DNA of 33,272 nt from an uncultured Methanosarcinales archaeon. Its GTDB lineage: Archaea > Nanobdellota > Nanobdellia > Woesearchaeales > CAYVYK01. The stretch's first letter is position 1; each line of letters begins with the position of its first letter. Under the pieces are notes generated by a model. That model was not told where the DNA came from. It was given only the letters and a program-made list of their open reading frames with translations, and ran no database searches. A program made the translations under genes and the position numbers. This document shows, in pieces, positions 18,463-27,005 of this stretch. The DNA is taken from NCBI GenBank assembly GCA_964455675.1, contig CAYVYK010000006.1, forward strand, positions 80,356 to 113,627, given 5' to 3'.

Positions 18463-20016
18463 ATGACACTTGTCGAGAACGTGGTCGGGGCAGTACTCAT
18501 CCTCCTCTTCTTCCTTGCGGCAGGAATCTATATCACGACGAACGTTCTCAAAGATACTGAGACAAAAATCGATATCACGGAATCAAGCTTTCTTGACGAC
18601 CTTTACTCGCGGAATCTCAACAGCGTGCTTCTTGTGACAGAGGAATACACAGGACGGCCAATCGCAAACCTCCTCGGAACTGCCCTCTATAATCGTAACA
18701 GCACGATAGAATTTGACGGTAATGATATTGATGTTTATCGTGAGTTTGGAGCACTTCTCAATGCAACGTATGGCGCAGGAAAGTACTACGCAGTACTCCG
18801 GCCAGTTGTGCGACAAGTCAATCTCAAATTTGTCATCGACGGATCACCAAGCCTCGTTGATGAAATGCAAGAAATATCTACCAATATGTACCGTATCGTT
18901 GAGGAGGCCACAGAGAACAATCGGTCGGTCGACATCGCGATCTATATCCTCATGGACCAATCCACACAATGCCAGAACTATTTCCCCGAAAGCATATGGA
19001 ATGACACCGCACGGCAGATCGGAATCGATCCGTCGCGCATCACAGGATCATGCATCGCGATACATGGCGAAGAATCCCATAAGGACTGGCGTTATATGTA
19101 CAGAACAGCAGATGATGATTACCGGAGACAGTGGGGTATCAATGCGCCATACACACAGGCACTATTCCTCACGACCGGACGGGCACTATCAGAATTCTAT
19201 CAATCAGATTGGGCGTCAGGAGCAGCATACGCTTCATATGATGCAATGAACAAAACGTTTGCCCTCGTGAACATCATCTTTCCGCTGAGCGAAGAACTCG
19301 CAGGAAGCTCAAAACCTCACGAGTGCCTGACGGAAACACGATGGTCTGGACCATACCTTGATGACCGGTATCGCAGGTTCTATTGCGACACCTGCTGGCG
19401 CAGCTGTGACCTTAGCGAGGGAAACATCACACCAACGGAAGGCCGGAGCATCAACCTCATTCGCAACGCGACGCGCTATATCAGGGAGAACAATCATATC
19501 GTGAACCCAGTACTCATCTCGGGATGCAATTACAAAGCAGAGGAGAGCACAACCACATGGCACTGGTGGAATTATTATTACAACGACTCGGTCCGAGGAG
19601 GATCCGTCGTGAACCCCCGAGACATGATCAACATCGGGATCACCGGTAATTCCTACTGCCGGGACAATCACTGCAAGGGCTGCAGCATCGAACCAGGTAT
19701 TGCTGATGAGACACAATTCTACAAGCATGTATGCTTTCAGCCAGACTGCCAATTCTTCGAGCTCACACGCGAGATGAACATCATGGCGAACGCCACGGGA
19801 GGAAAAGTCATTATCCTCGAGGATGCGAGCAACCTCACCCTCGATATCCAGAGTGTTATCAATCAGAACATCGACAGTTTCCGGGTGGAACTCGGCTCGA
19901 TGCATGCTGATGCAGAGCGATACTCCTACCAGCGACTCATACCCATGCCCCGACCAGGGCGCTTTGCTGAACTACGAGTTTGGGTGTACAAAGACCTTGG
20001 AGGAGATTATTCTTGA
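18463..20016 (+). CDS. Membrane-anchored exported protein with vWA-like domain and Cys-rich insertions
   Basis: N-terminal TM (MTLVENVVGAVLILLFF); MIDAS-like FVIDGSPS; MANATGGKV; many Cys. Confidence 0.6.
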   Translation: MTLVENVVGAVLILLFFLAAGIYITTNVLKDTETKIDITESSFLDDLYSRNLNSVLLVTEEYTGRPIANLLGTALYNRNSTIEFDGNDIDVYREFGALLNATYGAGKYYAVLRPVVRQVNLKFVIDGSPSLVDEMQEISTNMYRIVEEATENNRSVDIAIYILMDQSTQCQNYFPESIWNDTARQIGIDPSRITGSCIAIHGEESHKDWRYMYRTADDDYRRQWGINAPYTQALFLTTGRALSEFYQSDWASGAAYASYDAMNKTFALVNIIFPLSEELAGSSKPHECLTETRWSGPYLDDRYRRFYCDTCWRSCDLSEGNITPTEGRSINLIRNATRYIRENNHIVNPVLISGCNYKAEESTTTWHWWNYYYNDSVRGGSVVNPRDMINIGITGNSYCRDNHCKGCSIEPGIADETQFYKHVCFQPDCQFFELTREMNIMANATGGKVIILEDASNLTLDIQSVINQNIDSFRVELGSMHADAERYSYQRLIPMPRPGRFAELRVWVYKDLGGDYS

Positions 20017-21740
20017 AATCCATACCGATCATAACGCTCCTGTTCCTCATCTTGGCATCATGCACTCTTGAAATGGAAGGGACAACCACTTCTGGGGGAT
20101 TGAGCTTTTCACAGAAGGAGACAATGGCAGATTACGCGGCACACAACCTTGCGACATCGCTTGAAGGAGGGAAACCATACATTGGTATTGTACCTGAGGT
20201 TCGAGGGTATGACTACCTTTTTGTCACGCTACGAAACCGCACGGAGCTTCGATGCGTGGAGAGAGGATATACTGACATCAATGACTTTGCACGGACAAAA
20301 AAGGACATTGACGACGCAATCACACGATGCATCAGCAACCCATCATACAAGAAAACCTACCGTCAAGGAGAAGTGAATGACATGAGTATCGCCCTCGAAA
20401 TATACTACAACCGACGGGCGATACCATTTGAGCGCCTATCATCAGAGATAGAGCTTGGTATCCATGGTATCGAAGTCAGGACGGGTGGGAAGGAAGCGTT
20501 TTTTCGATCAATTATCCCCATCGAATACGATCTGGATCTTGAGGAAACTCTCCAGAGTCTGTGCAAGCAAGCCGGAGCAGAAAAGGACTGCTATGAACAC
20601 GAGGATACCCAGATATTTGCATTCCATAGCATCACGTTCATTCGGGGAGCGGATGGGACTCTTACGGAGTTATACCGGAGCAATGTACTCGTTCCAACCG
20701 AGAGCATCGACAGGAATATGATTGTTGAACGGCTGTACTACTCGTTTGACTGGTTCACTCAACATTCATCAGTGTATACGCTTCATTACCAATATTATCC
20801 AAGCAAGGACACGTATTCCTCAAGCAATAATGACGTGCGCCAGATGGCTACATTATGGGCGATGGCAAGATTACAGCGGTTTTTTGGAGAGGAAACATAT
20901 ACGGATTTCATCGGACGAGGAATCACTTACTACCTCAATATGACAGCCTGCACGGGAACATACTGCTTCGTGCAGGATGGTGATGGCGGAAAAATAGCGA
21001 ATAATGCGTTCATGATCCTCACCCTTCTTGAAATGCCGGAGTATCCCGACGGGGAATACTACATTAATCAGTATGCGAATGGATTGTTACAACAACAGCA
21101 GGATAATGGGCGCTACAAAACATTCTTTGAGTACTCCATGGGCGGGGGGGAGGACTATTACCCTGGAGAATCCATGCTCGCGCTGATGGAACTCTACTAC
21201 AATACGAATGATTCGAAGTATCTGCAGTCTGTGGAGCGCGCATTCCCATACTACCGCGCATACTGGCGTGGAAATCCCACCACTGCATTCATACCATGGC
21301 ACAGCCAGGCGTACATACTTCTCTACAATATCACCCACGATCCGGAACTCGCCAGTTTTGTATTTGAGATGAACGACTGGCTTATAGATAATCACCAGAT
21401 CACAGAGGGGAGATATGAGGATGAGATTGGGGGAATGCCCCTTGGTACTCCACGGTGTTCAACCTCATCTTACCTTGAAGGCCTTGCCGACGCATACCGG
21501 CTTGCTGTCATGGTAAATGATACCAAACACATCAGAAAGTACGAGGGGGCAATCCGTGCGGGAGTACGATACATCCTCCTCACCCAGTACACACCAGAGA
21601 ACAGCTTCTATCTGAAACGACCGGAGCTTGCCATCGGCGGATTTCGGTATAGCCTTGAATCCAACAACGAGCGAATAGACTATACTCAGCACGCGGTCAT
21701 GGCACTATTAAAACTCAGTTCAACTGACATATTCGTCTAG
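20013..21740 (+). CDS. Lipoprotein with AMMECR1-like domain fused to an alpha/alpha-toroid domain
   Basis: GGAGG RBS and TTG start overlapping the upstream stop; lipobox LASC; LFVTLR..ELRC, ELGIHGI, LQSLCKQAG; C-half QQQDNGRY, YYPGESMLAL, GGFR, RIDYTQHA. Confidence 0.75.
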   Translation: MKSIPIITLLFLILASCTLEMEGTTTSGGLSFSQKETMADYAAHNLATSLEGGKPYIGIVPEVRGYDYLFVTLRNRTELRCVERGYTDINDFARTKKDIDDAITRCISNPSYKKTYRQGEVNDMSIALEIYYNRRAIPFERLSSEIELGIHGIEVRTGGKEAFFRSIIPIEYDLDLEETLQSLCKQAGAEKDCYEHEDTQIFAFHSITFIRGADGTLTELYRSNVLVPTESIDRNMIVERLYYSFDWFTQHSSVYTLHYQYYPSKDTYSSSNNDVRQMATLWAMARLQRFFGEETYTDFIGRGITYYLNMTACTGTYCFVQDGDGGKIANNAFMILTLLEMPEYPDGEYYINQYANGLLQQQQDNGRYKTFFEYSMGGGEDYYPGESMLALMELYYNTNDSKYLQSVERAFPYYRAYWRGNPTTAFIPWHSQAYILLYNITHDPELASFVFEMNDWLIDNHQITEGRYEDEIGGMPLGTPRCSTSSYLEGLADAYRLAVMVNDTKHIRKYEGAIRAGVRYILLTQYTPENSFYLKRPELAIGGFRYSLESNNERIDYTQHAVMALLKLSSTDIFV

Positions 21741-21813
21741 ACTCATTATCACCCTTGCCGTAAAAAGCTTTATATACTGTATAGTCGAGGGACAGAGTAC
21801 ATGGGGGGAGGAT

Positions 21814-24336
21814 ATGTTTAGAAGAGGCAATGTGCTTGGATCCATTCTGATCATCTTAGGGATTTTAACGGCAACTGCGCTCTATACCACTACACAACTC
21901 CACGGACCTAGCCGACGTGCGAGCATAGCAGAACTCTCCACACAGGTGGACTATCTCATTGAGGACGCAATACTACGCGCCATCCGCGACTATATCAAGT
22001 TCGGATACTCACGATATGATCCACATGATCCTATGATGTATGGTACTGATGTATGGTACTGCGAGCAGTCAATCCCACCCCACATCGGTGAGTCATCACA
22101 AGCCCTTGCACAATACATTAAGTACTACATCTCCATCGCTGTTGACAAAATCAACAGCGATTATGCGTCCCAAGGATTACATGTGAATAAACCTGATTAT
22201 ACCGATATCTATGTCGAAGGAGAGCAAGCGACAAGCATCGATCAACTACCTAACGACGGATTCTACGTACGCATCACGAATTTCTACGCAACGTACACGG
22301 AAAACGGAGACAGCATCACAAAGGACCTTAGCAAAACATACACCTTTAGTTACCGTCTCTGGCATATCTACAAGAAGATGCACCAGTGGATCGAGGATGA
22401 TGCAGGGAAGATCCAACTGAAAGTGTATGAGGCCATGACGGAAAAAGGATGCGAGGCACGAAAATGCTGCTGTGACCGAACCGGATCTGCAGACCGCTTC
22501 ACGTGCGGCGAGGTGCAGAGCCTTATCTCACAGTTTGGTGTGACGGCACAAGAAGTGGAAGCACAAATCCAAGCATCCGTGAACGAGCTTAATGCCGAAT
22601 TTGCAGGAACAAACATCCAGTGCGAATACATCATCGACGAAAAACTGGTCAATAATATCGCTGACTATAACAAGACTTTAGCGCAGGAGATTGACCAGGG
22701 ACATCGCTTCGAGTGCCTCAGCGTATGCCATAAGGACAATTATCCTCTGCCGCCTGATGAGGATATCATCCATGAAGAACTGTTCATCGGTGTGGCAAAC
22801 CAAGTTCTGAATCCCACATCTGCCCGCGGACAGCCGGGAAACTGGGGCTGCCCGTCACTAGACGAGACCGCATACCCAGAAACTATTGATCGGCCGTATG
22901 TATATGACAAATCGATGGACTGGTCGAATGTTGAGGAATTCCGAAACTTCACATGCCCATCAACCCAAGGCAGCGGACAACCAACGAACTATTTCGTTGG
23001 AGTAAGAAAGATGGCTGCATATCTTTACACAATACGATGCACAGACAGCAGCGCTTCCATCCAAACGGAAGACGGATTTGAACCATTCGCTCCGCAATTC
23101 CGCGTACGATGGAAGCTTCAATTCAAGTGCCCCATGCAGCGAGGTAACTATGTGCGGATCAGCGACCAATGCCAGGTGGGAGTAGGACCCGGCCAAGGCG
23201 CGGGCGAAGGCGAGGGCGAAGGAGAAGGCGAGGGCGACGGAGAGGGACCTCCACCACCCCCACCCCCAACGCCGCCGCCAGGTGGAGGAGAACTACCGAC
23301 GCCAACACCTGTCGGCGGATGCTTCCCTGCAGGAAGCGTGGTCCTCATGGCAAACGGGGAGAAGCGGCCGATCGAGGAAGTGCGCGCTGGAGACTACGTT
23401 CAAGGATATAACGATCGCACTAACCAGTACATACACGCGCAAGTCATTGCCGTTGAAGCGCCCATTGTGAACAGCATCTATCACATCACGTTCAGCGACG
23501 GCAACATACTGCGAGTGACAGATGATCACCCCATCCTCACAACAGTCGGGTGGGCAGCGCTCAATCCAGAAAAGGCACTCGCGGCAACGAACGGGATAGA
23601 GATTCACACTCTCAAGGTCGGGGACAAGATTGTGGCTTACCATACAACGCCCAAGCGAATCAAGGAGATACGCGCCATACAAGGACGGTTGCAGACATAC
23701 AATCTGCGCCAGGTTGAACCAGGCAACACATTTTTCGTGGACGGAGTACTCGTGCACAACAAGTACTGCCCTCCATCAGACTGCGATGTACCCCCCGGCG
23801 GAAGCCCGCAGTGCTTCCAGTGCTCGCAAGATGAAGTCACCGGCGAGAAAACATGCTCGGTACCTAATCCTGAGCTTGTATGCTCAGGAAAAACATGCGC
23901 AAAATGCGGAACAAGCGGAGCGTGCGATGCACCAAGACCTGGCGTTGTCTGCGGAACGGCAACCCAGTGCGCGCAGTGCGCGGATGATTCTACGCAATGC
24001 GTGTACAATCATCCCGACAGGGTCGGCGATAAATGTCACGGGAACGAACCATGCGTCACGTACTGTTCAACAAGCGGCTGTAATGACAAGCATCGGCTTG
24101 GCACGAGCTGCACCATCTCGGGAGCGCACATCGGATCATGCACTATTCCACCCTACCAGGGATCATGCACATCATCAGGCTCTTACCTTGTATGCACGGG
24201 AGACATACCCCCAGAATACCAAGGCAGAGTATGCTGTCATGGAGACCTCTGTAACACCGGAGAAATATGCTGCGATCTTGGCGGTGGCATCTACGACTGC
24301 GGCCCTGTTGGCGGCTGTGACCCAGACTCAGGATAA
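21814..24336 (+). CDS. Prepilin-like exported protein with internal Hint domain and Cys-rich C-terminus
   Basis: MFRRG/NVLGSILIILGIL N-terminus; Hint CFPAGSVV...TDDHP...YNL...FFVDGVLVHN; 28 Cys in the last 191 aa. Confidence 0.85.
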   Translation: MFRRGNVLGSILIILGILTATALYTTTQLHGPSRRASIAELSTQVDYLIEDAILRAIRDYIKFGYSRYDPHDPMMYGTDVWYCEQSIPPHIGESSQALAQYIKYYISIAVDKINSDYASQGLHVNKPDYTDIYVEGEQATSIDQLPNDGFYVRITNFYATYTENGDSITKDLSKTYTFSYRLWHIYKKMHQWIEDDAGKIQLKVYEAMTEKGCEARKCCCDRTGSADRFTCGEVQSLISQFGVTAQEVEAQIQASVNELNAEFAGTNIQCEYIIDEKLVNNIADYNKTLAQEIDQGHRFECLSVCHKDNYPLPPDEDIIHEELFIGVANQVLNPTSARGQPGNWGCPSLDETAYPETIDRPYVYDKSMDWSNVEEFRNFTCPSTQGSGQPTNYFVGVRKMAAYLYTIRCTDSSASIQTEDGFEPFAPQFRVRWKLQFKCPMQRGNYVRISDQCQVGVGPGQGAGEGEGEGEGEGDGEGPPPPPPPTPPPGGGELPTPTPVGGCFPAGSVVLMANGEKRPIEEVRAGDYVQGYNDRTNQYIHAQVIAVEAPIVNSIYHITFSDGNILRVTDDHPILTTVGWAALNPEKALAATNGIEIHTLKVGDKIVAYHTTPKRIKEIRAIQGRLQTYNLRQVEPGNTFFVDGVLVHNKYCPPSDCDVPPGGSPQCFQCSQDEVTGEKTCSVPNPELVCSGKTCAKCGTSGACDAPRPGVVCGTATQCAQCADDSTQCVYNHPDRVGDKCHGNEPCVTYCSTSGCNDKHRLGTSCTISGAHIGSCTIPPYQGSCTSSGSYLVCTGDIPPEYQGRVCCHGDLCNTGEICCDLGGGIYDCGPVGGCDPDSG
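23203..23280 (+). repeat. Coding low-complexity linker: (GE)n then poly-Pro
   Basis: GEGEGEGEGEGDGEG PPPPPPPTPPP immediately upstream of the Hint domain. Confidence 0.9.
23320..23760 (+). other. Hint / intein-like autoprocessing domain (147 aa, no homing endonuclease)
   Basis: Cys1 (CFPAG), block B TxxH (TDDH), terminal His-Asn; +1 residue is Lys. Confidence 0.9.
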
Positions 24337-24467
24337 TAAACACCTACTAACTCCCCATTTGCTTGCATGAGTTCTCGCAAGTCTTTGGAATAAAGAACTG
24401 CCAAACAATCCAAAAAAAAGGAAAAAGAGTTGCATGATCTTCTGTGATTCGCAGTATACTACCTAAT

Positions 24468-24662
24468 TTACATGTTTGGTTCGCTACCGCAGTACGGACA
24501 AACCTTCGGGGTTTGCTTAGTCTTATTGAACAAGTACTTGTACTGGCATCGTGAACACGAGCGCTGAACCTTCTCCTCAGGAGCTTGCGGAATAGCACTC
24601 TCTCTCGACTCTCTCGGCTTTGGCGTGGGGACTTTCGGGTACTTCATCATTTTTGGGTCCAT
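24468..24662 (-). CDS. Small zinc-ribbon protein
   Basis: CSRCQYKY...PKVCPYCG. Confidence 0.8.
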   Translation of the reverse strand: MDPKMMKYPKVPTPKPRESRESAIPQAPEEKVQRSCSRCQYKYLFNKTKQTPKVCPYCGSEPNM

Positions 24663-24671
24663 GTTCTCTCC

Positions 24672-25283
24672 TCACTCTATCTTTGCTGAATGCAACCATT
24701 CCTGATCGTAGAGGACATGCACGAGCTTGTTCAGACGGTCACGTCCACCCTCGACAAGGTAGGTTATCTTAAAATGGCCATCACGTACGGCCTCGAGCGA
24801 AAGAACATTGTATTTTGTCGTATACTCAATCAAGTGGGGCTTCAAATCCCTCTCCGCAACCGGACGGGACGTCTCGATCGTGAGCCTTCGCTTGTACGTT
24901 CCAAGACCATGCTCTTCGAGATATCCGTCGAAACGCACGATAATCCAGACGGCTGCGTACAGAATTCCTCCGATGATGTATTCCCGCAGGCCAATCGTCA
25001 GCCCAAATATCGCGAAAAACCAGACGGCTGCTGCAGTTGTAAAACCAAAGACACGATCGGTGCCTTTAATCAAAGCACCAGCACCTAGAAATCCAATTCC
25101 CGTTACGACAGCCGCGATGAGCGACGTCGTGTTCTCCATCTTCCCGGATGTTGCCAAAATTCCAAGAGCGCATGCACCAAGGGAAACGAAGATAAACGTG
25201 CCAAAGCCAACTGGCTTATGCTTGCGCTGCCGCTCAAGTCCAAAGAGACTTGCGGCAATGAACGTTATCAGAAGTCGGATCAT
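24672..25283 (-). CDS. MgtC/SapB family membrane protein
   Basis: GLERQ..KPVGFGTF, VVTGIGFLGAG, GFTTAAAVW motifs; C-terminal ACT-like region. Confidence 0.93.
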   Translation of the reverse strand: MIRLLITFIAASLFGLERQRKHKPVGFGTFIFVSLGACALGILATSGKMENTTSLIAAVVTGIGFLGAGALIKGTDRVFGFTTAAAVWFFAIFGLTIGLREYIIGGILYAAVWIIVRFDGYLEEHGLGTYKRRLTIETSRPVAERDLKPHLIEYTTKYNVLSLEAVRDGHFKITYLVEGGRDRLNKLVHVLYDQEWLHSAKIE

Positions 25284-25390
25284 ATTTCCAGCCGCTCGTT
25301 GTCGAACTGGAAACGGTCGAACGGCAACCGGGGGTCCTCTTCATTCTTACCAAGCAGGCGCTGCCAGGCAAAAACCTTTTTTCCGATCAT
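25280..25390 (-). CDS. 36-aa upstream ORF coupled to the MgtC gene
   Basis: MIGKKVFAWQRLLGKNEEDPRLPFDRFQFDNERLEI*; ATGA overlap with MgtC start; TTTAAATA about 25 nt upstream. Confidence 0.5.
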   Translation of the reverse strand: MIGKKVFAWQRLLGKNEEDPRLPFDRFQFDNERLEI

Positions 25391-25515
25391 GTCTACTAGT
25401 ATACATTTTTGTATATTTAAATCTATTGGATGTGCGTATTTAAACTGGCAAAAAAAGAGGTTATAAAGCCTAGAGATCCTGTTCTTGCCATATCAATGCT
25501 GGCATAAGCCCTTCT

Positions 25516-26493
25516 TTACATGTACTCGAGATCAATCCTCAGTTCAGTCAGACTGTTCACAAAGAGCGCGACACGCTTCGTATAGATAATAAGCTCAACA
25601 TCCTTCTTGTTTGCTTCAGATTTCAATTTTGCGTAGACGCGGTTCATCTCCTCAGTGAGGTGATAGATCTTTTGTGCCTGAGCTGTTGAAAAATGGTACT
25701 GGAGAACAGAGTACGCCTTGAACATCCCTACCACATGATGGAACATCGTTTCGACATTCTTGCTTGCCCTCTCGCCTTCCATAAGGAGAAGGCCAATCTT
25801 CTTGAACGAATCACCGAGCAGTTCAAGCGTGAATATCAGGGAGTACATCGTCTGAGTCTTGCGATAATCCTCGTGACCATACTTATTCAGCAGCCTTAGG
25901 CACAGATCCTCAAACCTATCAAGATTTGTGTCAAGGATATGGATCTCCTTTAACTCATCAAAGTTACCTTTGAACGCTCCCTCAAGGATCTCAGCCATAG
26001 TCGTCAAAAGGTGGAAAATCCTGCGGAATGCGTTGTCAAACTCTTTTGGACTCGTCTCGCCAAGCTCCCGAATTACGCAATAACTACCGCGCTGCTCAAT
26101 AATTACCATACCGACCAGGCGATTCACAAGAGCCTGCACCGCTTCGATTGGGCTGAGAGCGTCTTCGTTTGGTATTCTTCGCGAAAGGGTGTCCAGCGTG
26201 AATGCCGTATGCACATGCCCGGAGCCGTTTGAGTCAAATTTCACCCGAATCTCGTCGTAACCTGCGCGGTAGACGCTTGAGATCATGCGCCAAATGGCCC
26301 GAGTGCGCAAGGAAGATATATCAATCGAGATGGTCCTTGCCGTCTGATGTTCGACGGAGGAGACCAGGAGCTCCCTTCCTCTCTCCGTAACATCGAGCTC
26401 ATCTCCTGCGCGGATCGTATTCCTTATCGCCCATTTGCTTGGGAGCGTGAGCGTAAGGGTATTCTTCCCCTGTTTGATCACCTTTCGTCGCAT
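25516..26493 (-). CDS. Archaeal AbrB/MazE-PhoU transcriptional regulator
   Basis: RKVIKQGKNTLTLTLPSKW...GDELDV (AbrB-like); YRAGYDEI; PhoU-like helices (DTNLDRF..LCLRLLNK, LELLGD). Confidence 0.9.
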   Translation of the reverse strand: MRRKVIKQGKNTLTLTLPSKWAIRNTIRAGDELDVTERGRELLVSSVEHQTARTISIDISSLRTRAIWRMISSVYRAGYDEIRVKFDSNGSGHVHTAFTLDTLSRRIPNEDALSPIEAVQALVNRLVGMVIIEQRGSYCVIRELGETSPKEFDNAFRRIFHLLTTMAEILEGAFKGNFDELKEIHILDTNLDRFEDLCLRLLNKYGHEDYRKTQTMYSLIFTLELLGDSFKKIGLLLMEGERASKNVETMFHHVVGMFKAYSVLQYHFSTAQAQKIYHLTEEMNRVYAKLKSEANKKDVELIIYTKRVALFVNSLTELRIDLEYM

Positions 26494-26513
26494 ACTTGCT
26501 TGTGATATCAGGC

Positions 26514-26570
26514 AATATATTAATGCTTTATGTATATTCAGAATATATTAGATATATCTACATATATTTT
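26514..26570. promoter_or_regulatory. Phased TATAT boxes with 12-bp palindrome in divergent intergenic region
   Basis: TATAT at 26533, 26544, 26553 and 26563; perfect palindrome TAGATATATCTA at 26549-26560. Confidence 0.5.
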
Positions 26571-26654
26571 TGTGCGGAAACTATATTGTATACTGCATAG
26601 CTATTTATCACCCTTCGGAGTCGTATAATTCCACGATTCGTTTGGGGTGATACC

Positions 26655-27005
26655 ATGCACACAACTATCGATACAACTCTAGCGCATATCGCAGATGAAG
26701 CCGCAAAGCTCTTTGCGAAGCGAAAACGCACCGGCGGCGAACCAGTTTCGCAGGATTACCAGATGGCTGCACGCAACGCTGTCTATTACGGCATGAGCGG
26801 CTATACCATCCATGTCGGTCATGAAGCGCTCGGGTTTTGCGACCATGAGACAATCAGCCAAAATCCCGGGCAAGTCACCAGGAACGATTGGCACGTTCTT
26901 GCTCATTCGCTTGCCGACACACTTGACGCGCATGGAGACGTGCATTCCTCACAAGCAGCTCGTGCATACGCAGAGCGGGACTTTAGCGTCTTTACACTTG
27001 GGTGA
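26655..27005 (+). CDS. His-rich hypothetical protein (116 aa), first gene of the radical SAM operon
   Basis: GGGGTGA RBS; GTGA overlap with the next gene. Confidence 0.75.
   Translation: MHTTIDTTLAHIADEAAKLFAKRKRTGGEPVSQDYQMAARNAVYYGMSGYTIHVGHEALGFCDHETISQNPGQVTRNDWHVLAHSLADTLDAHGDVHSSQAARAYAERDFSVFTLG

Noticed and set aside
23320..23760. Hint domain as a mobile selfish intein
   Set aside because: No homing endonuclease, +1 residue is Lys, and the host is an exported protein; treated as an intein-like processing domain.
23630..24370. 246-aa alternate-frame ORF over the Cys-rich tail, plus other long shadow ORFs (e.g. 24808-25443, 19309-19905)
   Set aside because: They overlap well-supported genes and have no motifs; these are codon-bias shadows.
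24833..24860. GGGGCTTCAAATCCCTCTCCG resembles a tRNA T-arm
   Set aside because: Lies inside the MgtC CDS and has no supporting cloverleaf.
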